From Vicugna vicugna (taxonomy: Eukaryota): a stretch of DNA of 64,000 bases. Both the position numbers and the translations under genes were made by a program. Under the pieces are notes generated by a model. It was not told the origin of the DNA, did no database searches, and saw only the letters and a program-made list of their open reading frames with translations. The stretch covers positions 9,715,009 through 9,779,008 of the forward strand of contig MU058781.1 in assembly GCA_013265495.1 (NCBI GenBank), given 5' to 3'. Of this stretch, positions 53,678 through 64,000 are shown piece by piece (positions within the stretch are counted from its first letter, which is position 1; each line of letters begins with the position of its first letter).

Positions 53678-54888
53678 AACAAGACATTAGTCCCCTGATT
53701 TTCTGAATTCCATTGCTATTCTCCTTTTGTTTGAGGATATTTTAAAAACGTTTTGATCTTAAGTGAAAAACAAGAAGTATAGCATCCTCCAAAAGATTGA
53801 CAGTAAATAGGGTCCACTATCTGCTAAGACATGTGTGGACCAGTTCATTTTTGTTCCTCTGATCACACCAGACATCTAACACAAGAAAAATACCTTCTAA
53901 TTCTGATGGAGAAACTGAGACAGGGAGCTGGTTACCCAGTTTTCAGACTGCCACGTATGGGTGTCCTGAAAATCCCATGATACCAGGTAAGTGTCCCCCA
54001 GTGTAAGGTGGCACTTAAGCTGCCACTGAGATTAGTTCTGCGTTTAGAAGACCAGCTCATTGTCTTTCCTTGGCCATACCATTTAGAAATAATAACCCTT
54101 CTCTCTAATTTTGATTTGTATCCTATTTAAACTCCAACCTCTGTCTTTTACGTTTCTCTTGCTCTAAGATAAATTATTTTGTTACATGATGATTGCCCAA
54201 GTGGGTCAATTAAATTCTGGATACAGCTGGTGTTGATTACAATTCTGCTAATGAAAATATCTTTGTGAAATCTTCAAGGCAACTTATAAAAATAAGCTAT
54301 TTGATGAACCTAGGAGAAAATGTAAAAAAAAAAACTATCCATAAACATGTTGATGGATTCCACCCTATCAATCAAAACTTGGTTTGTCAAATAATAATTT
54401 GTCAAATGCCAGTAGAAGAGAATACCAGTTTGAAAGAGCGCAATTTGAAACGATGTGCTTGTGTCTAGGTTGTAGAGCCGTTTCGTGGGGTTGAGTTTGG
54501 ACTTTGTCTCTGCAGGTAGTGGGAACAGTGGCTCCACACCTCCAATCAGCAAGAGCCATGTTCCTGGTATCCCCCTGTTCTGTCTGTGTCTACTCAGAGC
54601 AGAGAGCTTTGTGGACCTCACACCCTCTCCATTTTTTTGCCCGAGACCTGTAGCCTCAAAACCATCAATCCACATGACAGAACTGCAACCCCAGCCCTAA
54701 GGCTTATGTTGTTGGGGTGCCCATTGTAGGCTCCATGGCTTCCATTGTGATTCATTATTTAGATACAAACACACATTTTTAATTTTTCTAGAGCCCCAAA
54801 TTGCCTTCATTTTGGCTTTTGAATCACATTTTATTCCTTATTACTATAGTTTATGTTAAGTGGTGAAGATTCTTAGATTTGTTTAGGC

Positions 54889-55123
54889 TAGGGTTTTTGA
54901 ACCTTGGCATATTGCTATATAGGGCATTACTGATATTTTAAGTCCAGTAATTCTTGAGGGTGAGGGCTGTCCTGTGCACTGTAGAATGTTTAGCAGCAAA
55001 ATTCCTGGCCACTACCCACTTATGCCATTAGCACTTGTCCTCAGTTGTGATAGCCAAAAATGTCTCCAGGCATTGCCAAATGTCCCCTGGAGGCACAAAA
55101 CAGCCTCCAGTCAAGAACTACTA
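54889..55123. mobile_element. MER20 hAT-Charlie MITE
   Basis: gggctgtcctgtgcactgtagaatgtttagcagca...ccaaaaatgtctccaggcattgccaaatgtcccctgg. Confidence 0.9.
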
Positions 55124-55127
55124 ATTT

Positions 55128-55297
55128 ACTCCCTTGCTCAGTGTGTACAATTTGTCAGTGCATCAGCATCATCTGCAAGCTTGTTAGAGATGCAGAAACT
55201 CAAACTCACTCCAAACCCACTGAATGAAAATCTGTGTTTTAACCAGATCCCTGTGTGCCTTCATATAGACATGAATGTGTGCGAAGTGCTGCTTTAG
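55128..55297. mobile_element. MER5-like MITE
   Basis: gcatcagcatcatctgcaagcttgttagagatgcagaa...ctgtgttttaaccagatccc. Confidence 0.75.
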
Positions 55298-55604
55298 TCC
55301 ATCATCTTGAACAGAAGTCTGGACTTATTTATCTCTTAGGCTAAGACAGCATGATCCCCAGGTCTGAAATGTAATTCTAGCGGGATACTCAGGCTGCAAA
55401 TTGTTGTATATATTGACAGATATCTTTAGAGCAAGATTAATTGAAATATTTAAGACAAAATAAAAGGCACTGACTAATCTAAAAATCTTTTTTTCTCCCA
55501 ATATTTATCGTAATGTTTTCCATTTTGGCCCACTTCATACCGTATGAATGGAAATTAATGATACTAAGAAATATTTTTGTTATCTCCCGAGTTAATCCAT
55601 CAGT

Positions 55605-55825
55605 AACACTAACAATAAATACTAGAGTTCATCAGATGTTTATGATCTACTAAGTGTGTGATAAGGTACCTTAATCCTCACAATAACTCTTTGGGGTGTT
55701 AACCCCATTTGACAGATGAAGAAACTGAGACTCAGAAAAATTAAATACCTTTGTCCTCATCACACATTTCTGCAAAGTGAGAAACCCAGCACCCAGGCCC
55801 ATGTTCTTTCCATCCTATTACTCTG
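55605..55825 (-). mobile_element. MIR-family SINE
   Basis: ttaatcctcacaataactct...ccccatttgacagatgaagaaactgagactcaga. Confidence 0.8.
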
Positions 55826-57049
55826 AGAAAAAATAACAATGAACATTTTCTCCAGCTAGTTATGCCTAAAAACATCCATTCGGATTCTCAGCCCCAGGAG
55901 TAAGCAAGGGGAGAGAATCATTATTTTTCTTTAAAGTCCTCTTTTGCTCTGCCTTCTTTGGCAGTCATCTCATTATGTCTTGAGAATGTCTGAGTGTCGC
56001 CAGCAGCTTGAGGTGAAGGACCAGACTCACCCATCTCCATCCCTTAGCCCTGACAGAATTAACATTCAGCAGCCACAAAGCCGCGCGGTCCATCGTAAGA
56101 AGCATTCTTGGAAAGGATGATTTTGTCTCTCGTTTTTGAGATTCGCCCACTGATTGCTAGGAATATGTACCTTGGACTGATTAGCTAGCCCAAGGGTTTG
56201 ATGAGTAGACAGAAAGAAAACTAAATGTGGCATTTACCTGATTTAATTGGAAACTAATACCTCTGGAATTTTTTATTTTTACTTCAGTAGAGAAACCCTC
56301 CGCTTTTGCTTCTGATCCTTTCTTTGGCTGAACCTTTCCTGCTGTATCACCAACCTGTTTTTTAATTCAACCCATATTCCATCAGAGGTATTCCCAGCTT
56401 CCTTTTATCACCATGGTGACACCATGTGCTTATGCCTTTATTAAAAATTTATCTTAAATAGATCTTCTAGGAACCAGTCTTTTAGGCAATGACAATTTTT
56501 CAGTTTCAAATCCACCATTATGTCCAGATACTGGGAATTTGTGTGCAAATATTATTCTACTATTACTATAAAGGGAAATAAAGCAAAGTGTTTAAAATTA
56601 GATAGCTGCTATTCCTGCTAGCTGCCTATGCATGGAAAAAGACATTTTATATGCATTCCATTCTTACTTTCCAAGTATACTTGGCACACAGTCTTTTTAA
56701 AGAAGAACTTTTATGTAATCTTGAATTAGGTTATATGATCACTTATCACTGGTAATTTTTTAACTTTTAAGCTTAATGTTGCCTTTCCTGGAACATGTCC
56801 TACGAGAAAAAAATTGGAAATGCTAACGAAGATTAACATGCATATAATTCGCCTCACATTGTTTATAATAAAAAGCTTAAAAACTACATGTATGTTCAGC
56901 AATGGGGGAAGAAATAAATAACAGTGTAGCAATTTATACGATTGCTATTGTATGATATATGTTGCATAGTATATAGTATAGTATAATTGCTATAATATAA
57001 ATTGTTCAAGTATAGTAATGACTGAATATTATGTATTCCTTAAGAATGA

Positions 57050-57417
57050 TACTGCAAATAATTTTAGTATTGGAAAGAATTATGTTAATTGAAAATATAG
57101 TAAACTTACATGATATGATTTCTATCTTTATAGCTATGTCTATAGCTCTTTAGTTAGTTAAATATCTATGATTATATGTGTATAGATTTATAAAATTGAA
57201 AAAATTCCAAATATTAATAGTGGTATACTGTGAATAGTTCAGTGATGGGCAAAGGATTATAATATATTAATTGAGAATACACTGCTTACATATGATATGA
57301 CTTCTATCTTTATAGCTTTGTCTATAGATCTTTAGTTAATTAAATGTCTTTAGTTATATGTGTATCTGTCTATTATTAAAATTGAAAAAATACCGAATAT
57401 TGATAGTGGCTATACCT
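57050..57417. repeat. Diverged ~180-bp tandem duplication within an ancient L1ME-like 3' remnant (~56700-57530, +)
   Basis: Both units contain atgatatga[t/c]ttctatctttatagct[a/t]tgtctatag[c/a]tctttagtta...ttatatgtgtat...aaaattgaaaaaat. Confidence 0.85.
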
Positions 57418-58614
57418 GGTTGGTGAGTTTATGGTTGATTTTAGCTTTTTGAAGCTTTTCTCTGTTTTCTATGGGTTTTTTTAGTGAACATAAAATGCTT
57501 TAGAAATCAGAAAGAAAAAATGAATATTTAAATATAAAATTAAATAATTTAATTCTGCCTGGATTGTAGTAATGTGATTAAGAGGTCCCTGGGACTTTGT
57601 GTATTTTTCTTGTATTTAAAGAGTCTATTGTTAGGGAAACTACTCTTAACCTGGTACTTTTGTTTTAAAAGAGGATTTCAAAACAATTATTCCAGATGAA
57701 GGACAGAGACTATTGTCTATACCATAGATAATTAAAAATGAGTTACAAGGAGATAGGAACAAAATCAAGGGACATTGTCCCGAGTGTGTATAAATTAAAT
57801 AGCTAATTTTTCAAAAGGTCAAATCTGTAGTCTGCAGATGGGTTTGACAAAAGAAAAGATTGCAGGGATATTTTTCATTATAGGTAAACAAAAATGTATT
57901 TAAATAAAGCAAAATGTAAGAAGATGCGTTTATATAAGGATGCGATTAATAGGTATTTTCAGGGGAAATCCTCAAAGGATGGTGCTAGGATACTAAGAAA
58001 AAGGCATAGGATTTGGTCACAGGAAGCCTGGGATTCTAGTTGTGGCTTCCATTTCCAAGACTTGGGTAAATCGTTGAATTGTCTTTTGGCCGCAGTCTCT
58101 TCACTTTATAGTATAAGGGGTCTGATTGGAAACTGTCTAAAATCCCTTACAGCTGAGAGTCTGGTTTATTCTGTTGTTCAACGTGTCCTTGAAGCACAGA
58201 TCACATTATGAGTGTTTACATTTCTGAAACTTAGGTCAAGGTCTTGGCTGATTCTCAGCAAGAACAACTGTGTGGGCATCTCTGGTGATGATAGGAATTC
58301 TTTGGTGCCCAGTCAGCTCTGTTTTTCTCTCCAAGTAAATGAAGCCAAGCAATATGGAAAGTAGGCCTGGACACACAAAATCTCTTCTTGATTTCCACCA
58401 AACAGTGCTTTTTCGTTTGGAACACTGTTTCCACATGTGTTAGTATTTCATCTTTCATGAAGTGCTTAGTGTAAATTTGTTACGAGAACCAGCCAATGGT
58501 GATAATAGCTCTTTTGTTTTATGAATGTAAGTATCTGTTAAATATATCTAATATGCGCTTGTATACAAGAATGTGCATATTAAAAAGATAAGTAATCAGT
58601 AAGTGTAGATAACT

Positions 58615-60980
58615 GTATTTTTTTTCAAATCAGTTTTACTCAAGTATAATTGATATGCAACAAACTGTACATATTTTAAATACACAGTTTGCTGTTTTGA
58701 TATAATATATACACATAAGTCTTCACCAAAACCAAATTAATACCCAAAACATCACCCCCAAAAAAGTTTCCTTGTTTCCCTTTGTGATTTCTCTGCAAAC
58801 TCATATGTGGTATCAAGTATGGATAAAAGTTTTTTCTTTCTTTTTTTTTTTCTTTCCACATTGTGGATATCCAATTTTTCCAGCACCATTTGTTGAAAAA
58901 CTGCCCTTTGTTCCCCTTGCAACTTTGTTAAAAATCAGTTGCACGCATATGTGTGGGTTTATTTTTGAAACAACTGTTTTGTTTCATTGGTGTAGTTCTC
59001 TGCCAATAAAACACATTTCTCTGCCTTAGTTGCTACAGTTTTATAATATGTCTTGAATTTAGATAATATAAATCCTCCAAATTAATTTTTATTTTTTCCA
59101 AAGTATTTTTGGTTATTTTAGTTCTTTTGCATTTTCATATGAATTTTAGAATTAGCTTGTCAGTTTCTCTGAGAAATCTTGAGATTTTTATTGGGACTGC
59201 ATTGAATCTCTCACTCAGTTTGGGAAGAACTGATATCTTAATCATACTGACTTTTCAGACCCATGAGCACGGTACATCTCCCCATTTATTTAGGTTTTAT
59301 TTCTCTCTGCTAAGTTCTTTAGTTTTCAGTGTATAGGCCATGCATATCTTTTGTCAAATTTATACTTAAATGTTTCATATTTTGATGTTTATAAATGGTA
59401 TTACTTCTGTCGATTTCCATTTCTGATTATTTATTACTAGTCTGTAAAAACACCATTGATTTGTCAGTATTAATCTTGGATTTCATGATCTTATTAAACT
59501 CAATTTTTGGTTCTAGTAAATTTTTTGGGTAGATTTCATAGATTTTCTACGGGGATGATTATCACTTGTGAATACTGATAGTTCAACTTCTTTGTTTCCA
59601 ATCTGAATGGCTTTTATTTCTTTTTTCTTATCTTATTACAGTGGATAAACCATCAATAAAATAATGAGTAGACGTGGTGAAAACAGACATTTCCTTCTTC
59701 CAGACTTTAGGGGAAAAGCACTCAGTATTCCACTATTAAATATGATGTTAGTTGTGCATTTTTTTATAGCTGTCCATTATCATGTTGAAAAAATTTCCTT
59801 CTAATCCTACTTTCCTGAGATGGCTTTGGATTTTGCTAGAATTTTTTGTCATATATTAAGACTGTGTGTATAGTGTTTAAATCGTTAATATGGTGAATTC
59901 CATTGATTTTTTCCATTTTTCAGTTTTATTAGGTAAAATTGATACAGTTTGACTGCACACATGCAATATATTGCATGTAAATACATATATACAACATATT
60001 GCACATATTTTAAAATTTACATATATGTACTATTTATTGTTTCTAAGAACGGTTTAGAGCTTTAGCTTCTTAAACTTACATAGTTATCAAAGGAATAAAG
60101 CCAACCACAAAATAAGAGTCAACAGAATGCAGTCATCCAGTCATAAAGGACAGTCAAATGTGCTTAACATATATTCAAGAGATCAGTCATCTAAGTTATA
60201 AATAGTAAGTAGTTCTTTTGTTTCCATTTTTTTTTAAGATTCCACATGTAAGTGATATCAAATGGCATTTTTCTTTCTCTTTCTGACTTGCTTCACTTAG
60301 AATGACAATCTCCAGGTTGCTACAAATGCCATTGATTACTTTCTAATATTAAACCAGACTGATATTCCTGGGATAAACACTACTTGGTTATAATGAATTA
60401 TCTTTTTAGAATTATTTATTGTTGGATTTGATTTGCTAAAATGTTAAAAAAAATTTTTTTTGCATTTGTGTTCATGAGGAATGCTGGTCTGTAGTTATCT
60501 TTGTCTGATTTTGGATTTAGAGCAATGCTATAATAATTATCATAGAATGAGTTGGTAAGTGCTACTACGTTCTCTTCAAATTTCTAGAAGAATTTGTGTT
60601 GAATTTATTTCTTCCTTCGTATTTGATAAAATTGACCAGTAAGTGACAGGTGGTAACTAGACTTAGCATCATGATCATTTCATAATGCTGAAAATATCAA
60701 ATATCAAAAATATATATTATGTTGTATACTGGAAATTAATATAATAATGTTATGTCAATTATAATTAATACAAGAGGATTGACCAATAAAGGCATTTGTA
60801 CATGGAGTGTTCTTTGTGGGAAGACTATAAATTACACATTGGATTTCCTAATAGATACAATGCTATACAGATGATCTGTTTCCTCTTGAGTGAGCTTGAG
60901 TAGTTTATGTCTTCTTAGGAATTCGTCCTTTTCATCTAGTTGTCATATTTATAGGCATAAAGTTTACAATATTCCTTTAT
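58615..60980 (-). mobile_element. Old L1M (MC/MD-like) fragment with an internal deletion, hosting two younger insertions
   Basis: 3' end aagtataattgatatgcaacaaactgtacatattt; antisense ORF2 remnants ttccagcaccatttgttgaaaa, catatgaattttagaattagcttgtcagtttct, cactattaaatatgatgttag. Confidence 0.85.
60631..60789 (+). mobile_element. Short L1MA-like 3'-end insertion with a 12-bp TSD
   Basis: ggtggtaactagact...atgatcatttcataatg...atgtcaattata; flanked by ATTGACCAGTAA (60631-60642) and ATTGACCAATAA (60778-60789). Confidence 0.7.
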
Positions 60981-61153
60981 TAGCTATTCCAGTTATCAAT
61001 TTATTGCCTCTCAGCTCCAAATCCACTCTTCTTTACCTGCTCTGTAGTAAGGGAGCCTCAAACATTTCTCCTTTGCAGCAAGCATGATAGTAAGGTTTGT
61101 TAATGGAAGGCAGTAGAGGGCATTATAGAGGAGAGACTTGTCTTTCTCCTTTC

Positions 61154-61687
61154 TGTTGGGAGTCAGTGTTCTATGTATACGTTCACGTGTTTGCTCAGGG
61201 CTTTGAGCAGAGAACATTGGCACCTGGGTTAAAGGATGATTGACTGGAACCATAAAGATAGAGACATCTGGAGAGATACACAGGTTTATCTCCCCAGAGC
61301 CATTTGTTTACATTTGTTTATATTCCAGGGTGGTGATTTAGTGGGGAGAAGATGGACTCCCCAGAGAGGATTTGTTTAGATTCTGGAGCAAAGGTCTCTC
61401 TAAAGAGGAAGCTGGCAGGTGTGCCAGCAGCACTGTGTAAGCTTTGAATTTCATCATTTTGGAGTTCCTTTCCTGTGGTGCAAAGCTGATTTTTATGCAT
61501 AAGGTACATGTGTCTTACCACATCACAGCACATTTTCATCTGGAACAATTTCCACATGGGGAAATCGTGATGTGATGTGGAAATAGAGCATGTGATGTTC
61601 CACTGCATCACCCTGTGGGAAAACTGAATCATGAGGAATGGACACAGACGGCTCTGTATGTAAAAGTACTGTTCCCTGAACAAGAGG

Positions 61688-61722
<35 letters not shown>

Positions 61723-61870
61723 CCCTGTGGCAGGCGCACACACACACACACACACAGACACACACACACCCCTGTGGCAGGCTTACTTGTTAGCTTTTAC
61801 AGATTGCATAACATTTCAGATCTTCCAAAGTTTCAGACTTAAAAGTCCTAGTTTGCCACTGTCTCACCAC
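61154..61870 (+). mobile_element. LTR40-like ERVL LTR nested in the LTR33-like element (3' boundary uncertain)
   Basis: Begins tgttgggagtcagtgttctatg...gagcagaga; aagatagagac; ggagcaaagg. Confidence 0.5.
61691..61782. repeat. Duplicated (AC)n + CCCCTGTGGCAGGC compound repeat
   Basis: 14-bp motif at 61722-61735 and 61769-61782, each preceded by an AC tract. Confidence 0.95.
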
Positions 61871-62689
61871 TTCTTTGCTCCTGCTGAGTGGCTGTCAGCA
61901 GTGCACTGCCCCAGCACATCCAGAGTGCTCGACCCCTTAGGAAGCTCACAGCCCTGGCCATGGTGCTCACTGGGGCCCTGCTGACGTGGACACCATATGC
62001 TCCAGGTGTTGCTCTGCCCTTTTGGTCAGTAGGCTCCCAGCACTCCAACCTCCTCTGCACAGTGTCCCACCACCCTTGACCCATCTGTACCCCATAGGCT
62101 TGTTTCTCACAGTCCTCCTGACGATGACATTCATACCCCTGGCTGCTGTCCCTCTACCTCGGCTCTTTTTGTGCCCTCATTGATCAATATTGTTTCACCT
62201 GAAACTGGAAGAGGTTTTAATTTACTTTTTTTTTTTCCCTACTTGCTCAACATCTGTGGACCAGCTCAGGCTTAGGCAATTCAGCAAAACGTCTCTGCCA
62301 TTTGGTGAGCTACAAGTTCACCTTTTCCAGGAAAGTCTTAATTGAGCTTTGGGGAGGGGACCCCCTTCCGAGTTTGTTCCTCCTTGAGTATTCTCTCTCA
62401 AATTTATGTTATTCTGTAGAGTTTTCTTTATATTTTCATTGTTACCTTTCATTAAAGTTCATTATTCTTTTCTATAGTTACTGCGAACTTTATTTATAAA
62501 GGAGTCTTAAATTAGTTGTATCATGCCTTGTGTTTGTACCGAGTACAGTGACCCTTCAGAGCTACGGGAGAAGGGCTCAGTAACTCAATAGTTAATTATT
62601 CTTTTTATCAAATCTTCTCTGTTCAAATCACTGTGTGTTTTCTGTCGCCTGATGAGAGTCTATCTGATACGTTACTTACGAAAACAAAT

Positions 62690-62810
62690 TTGCACTCAGC
62701 ATACAATAAACTGCACATCTATAAAGTGTGCAGTTTGTTATGTTCGACATATGAGTACACCCATACTATACAATCAAGATATGAATGTATCCATTATCCC
62801 CAAATGTTTT
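62690..62810 (-). mobile_element. Old L1M 3'-end fragment
   Basis: atacaataaactgcacatctataaagtgtgcagtttg...caatcaagatatgaatgtatccattatcccca. Confidence 0.65.
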
Positions 62811-63149
62811 TTTCATTTCAAGTGGTATTGTGGGTACATCGGGATCAGTTTATGGGATTCATAGTCACTTTCATGTAGAGTTAAATCACTGCTGGTCATT
62901 CTGGTTTAGGAATGGCTTCTGGAACTACTTCTGTTGACTCCTACTCTCACTAGCATCTGTATAGGAAGGATCAGGGCCATATGAACATGTCCTGTGGTGC
63001 TGAGCATGGACCTGTGTGGCTAATGGAGGAAAAATAAGATGTATAATATATAAACATATGGATCCAAGAACTTGTATGTGGAAGATTGTTCTAAATTCTG
63101 CACTCATCTTAACAAAATCTTGATAGAGCTTGATAGAGATTTTTGTAAG

Positions 63150-63556
63150 TTATCAACAAAACTTTTAATTACATTACTAGTAATGCATCAAGAAGCTAAA
63201 AACTTTAAAAAAATATATCGATAATAAAAAATATATCAATAATAAAAAAATTTAATTAACCATGCTCAAGGAGAGACTAAATTAGCTACCATCTTTGCAA
63301 AAGAGGCAATCAAAGAGACTGAAGCCAAAAACCACGAGCACAATTTATTGTAGAGGTGAGCCTGTCAGGTTATTAATAGGAATGTTTATTTTCCTTTGAT
63401 TATTTGTGGTATTTATCAGCTTTTATATGTTGAAATCTGTTATGATTTATTTTTCATTCCAAGTATTTATACTTAATTTTGAACTCATAATTTTGTTTTT
63501 TTTCTTATAATGTGTCCCCTAAAATGCTTTGAGCCCCACAATCTGGATCTGCCCCT
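63150..63556. mobile_element. hAT-Tip100 (Zaphod-like) terminal fragment
   Basis: aaccatgctcaaggagagactaaatta; terminus gccccacaatctggatctgcccct. Confidence 0.5.
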
Positions 63557-64000
63557 ATCTCTAGGCATCATTTTACTTACATGTGTGAAAATCTACATGG
63601 AGCATAGGCTCCCAAGAGGAAGTAGGAAGACGAGTTCCTCCTCTATAATGTCCTCCAGCGCCTTCTGTTGACAAAGCTTATTGCCGTGCTTGCTGCCAAG
63701 AAGTGTTTAAACTTCCATCATCAGAAAGCCAGTAAAGAAAAGCAGACTGGGGCTGAAAGGCCATAAATTGCCCAATATATGGAATTTTTTTATGATGACA
63801 GAGACCATGTGAGGGTCTTGAAAATGCTGAACATGGTGATGATCATGACAATGGCAATAATGGATGGTGATGACAGTGATGATTGGTGGCTGTTTTATGT
63901 TTAGAGACCAAGTTAAATGCATTAACTACCTTTGCAGATTTGAATGACACATCAAAGTTTTCTTCTTTATCTCTTATCAAAATTGTACCTATTACAGTTT

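Larger units (their letters stand above)
60985..62671 (+). mobile_element. LTR33-like ERVL LTR interrupted by other sequence
   Basis: 5' ccagttatcaatttattgcctctcagctccaaatccac; 3' ctgttcaaatcactgtgtgttttctgtcgcctgat...ctgatac. Confidence 0.7.

Noticed and set aside
61318..61984. ORFs with CVCVCV / HTHTHT tracts
   Set aside because: Translations of the (AC)n repeat inside LTR sequence
63785..63892. Degenerate TGA/TGG trinucleotide tract (His-rich on the minus strand)
   Set aside because: Decayed low-complexity repeat, not a credible coding exon

Overview
AT-rich, CpG-poor mammalian genomic DNA (intronic or intergenic) in which I cannot recognise any host protein-coding exon, RNA gene or CpG-island promoter. 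Much of the window is interspersed repeat: MIR, L2, old L1M fragments, MLT1/LTR33/LTR40-like LTRs, and MER3/5/20/33/58/82/112-like DNA transposons. Family names come from my recall of consensus sequences, and most boundaries are approximate. The dominant feature is a young, 5'-truncated LINE-1 (24193-28250, +) with an uninterrupted ORF2. Its truncation joins it in frame to an ATG in the flanking target DNA, giving a 1244-aa ORF with an intact RT and CCHC region but a damaged endonuclease. The cetartiodactyl-style L1 3' UTRs and the lack of recognisable young SINEs suggest a camelid (inference). Other points of interest are a fold-back/templated-duplication scar (4861-5012), a three-layer DNA-transposon nest (5723-7020), a repeat-free enhancer-like block with a possible micro-exon (about 8000-9400), and a TSD-bounded chimeric retro-insertion carrying non-L1 sequence (59900-60337). 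I see no convincing evidence of a new multi-gene biological system.
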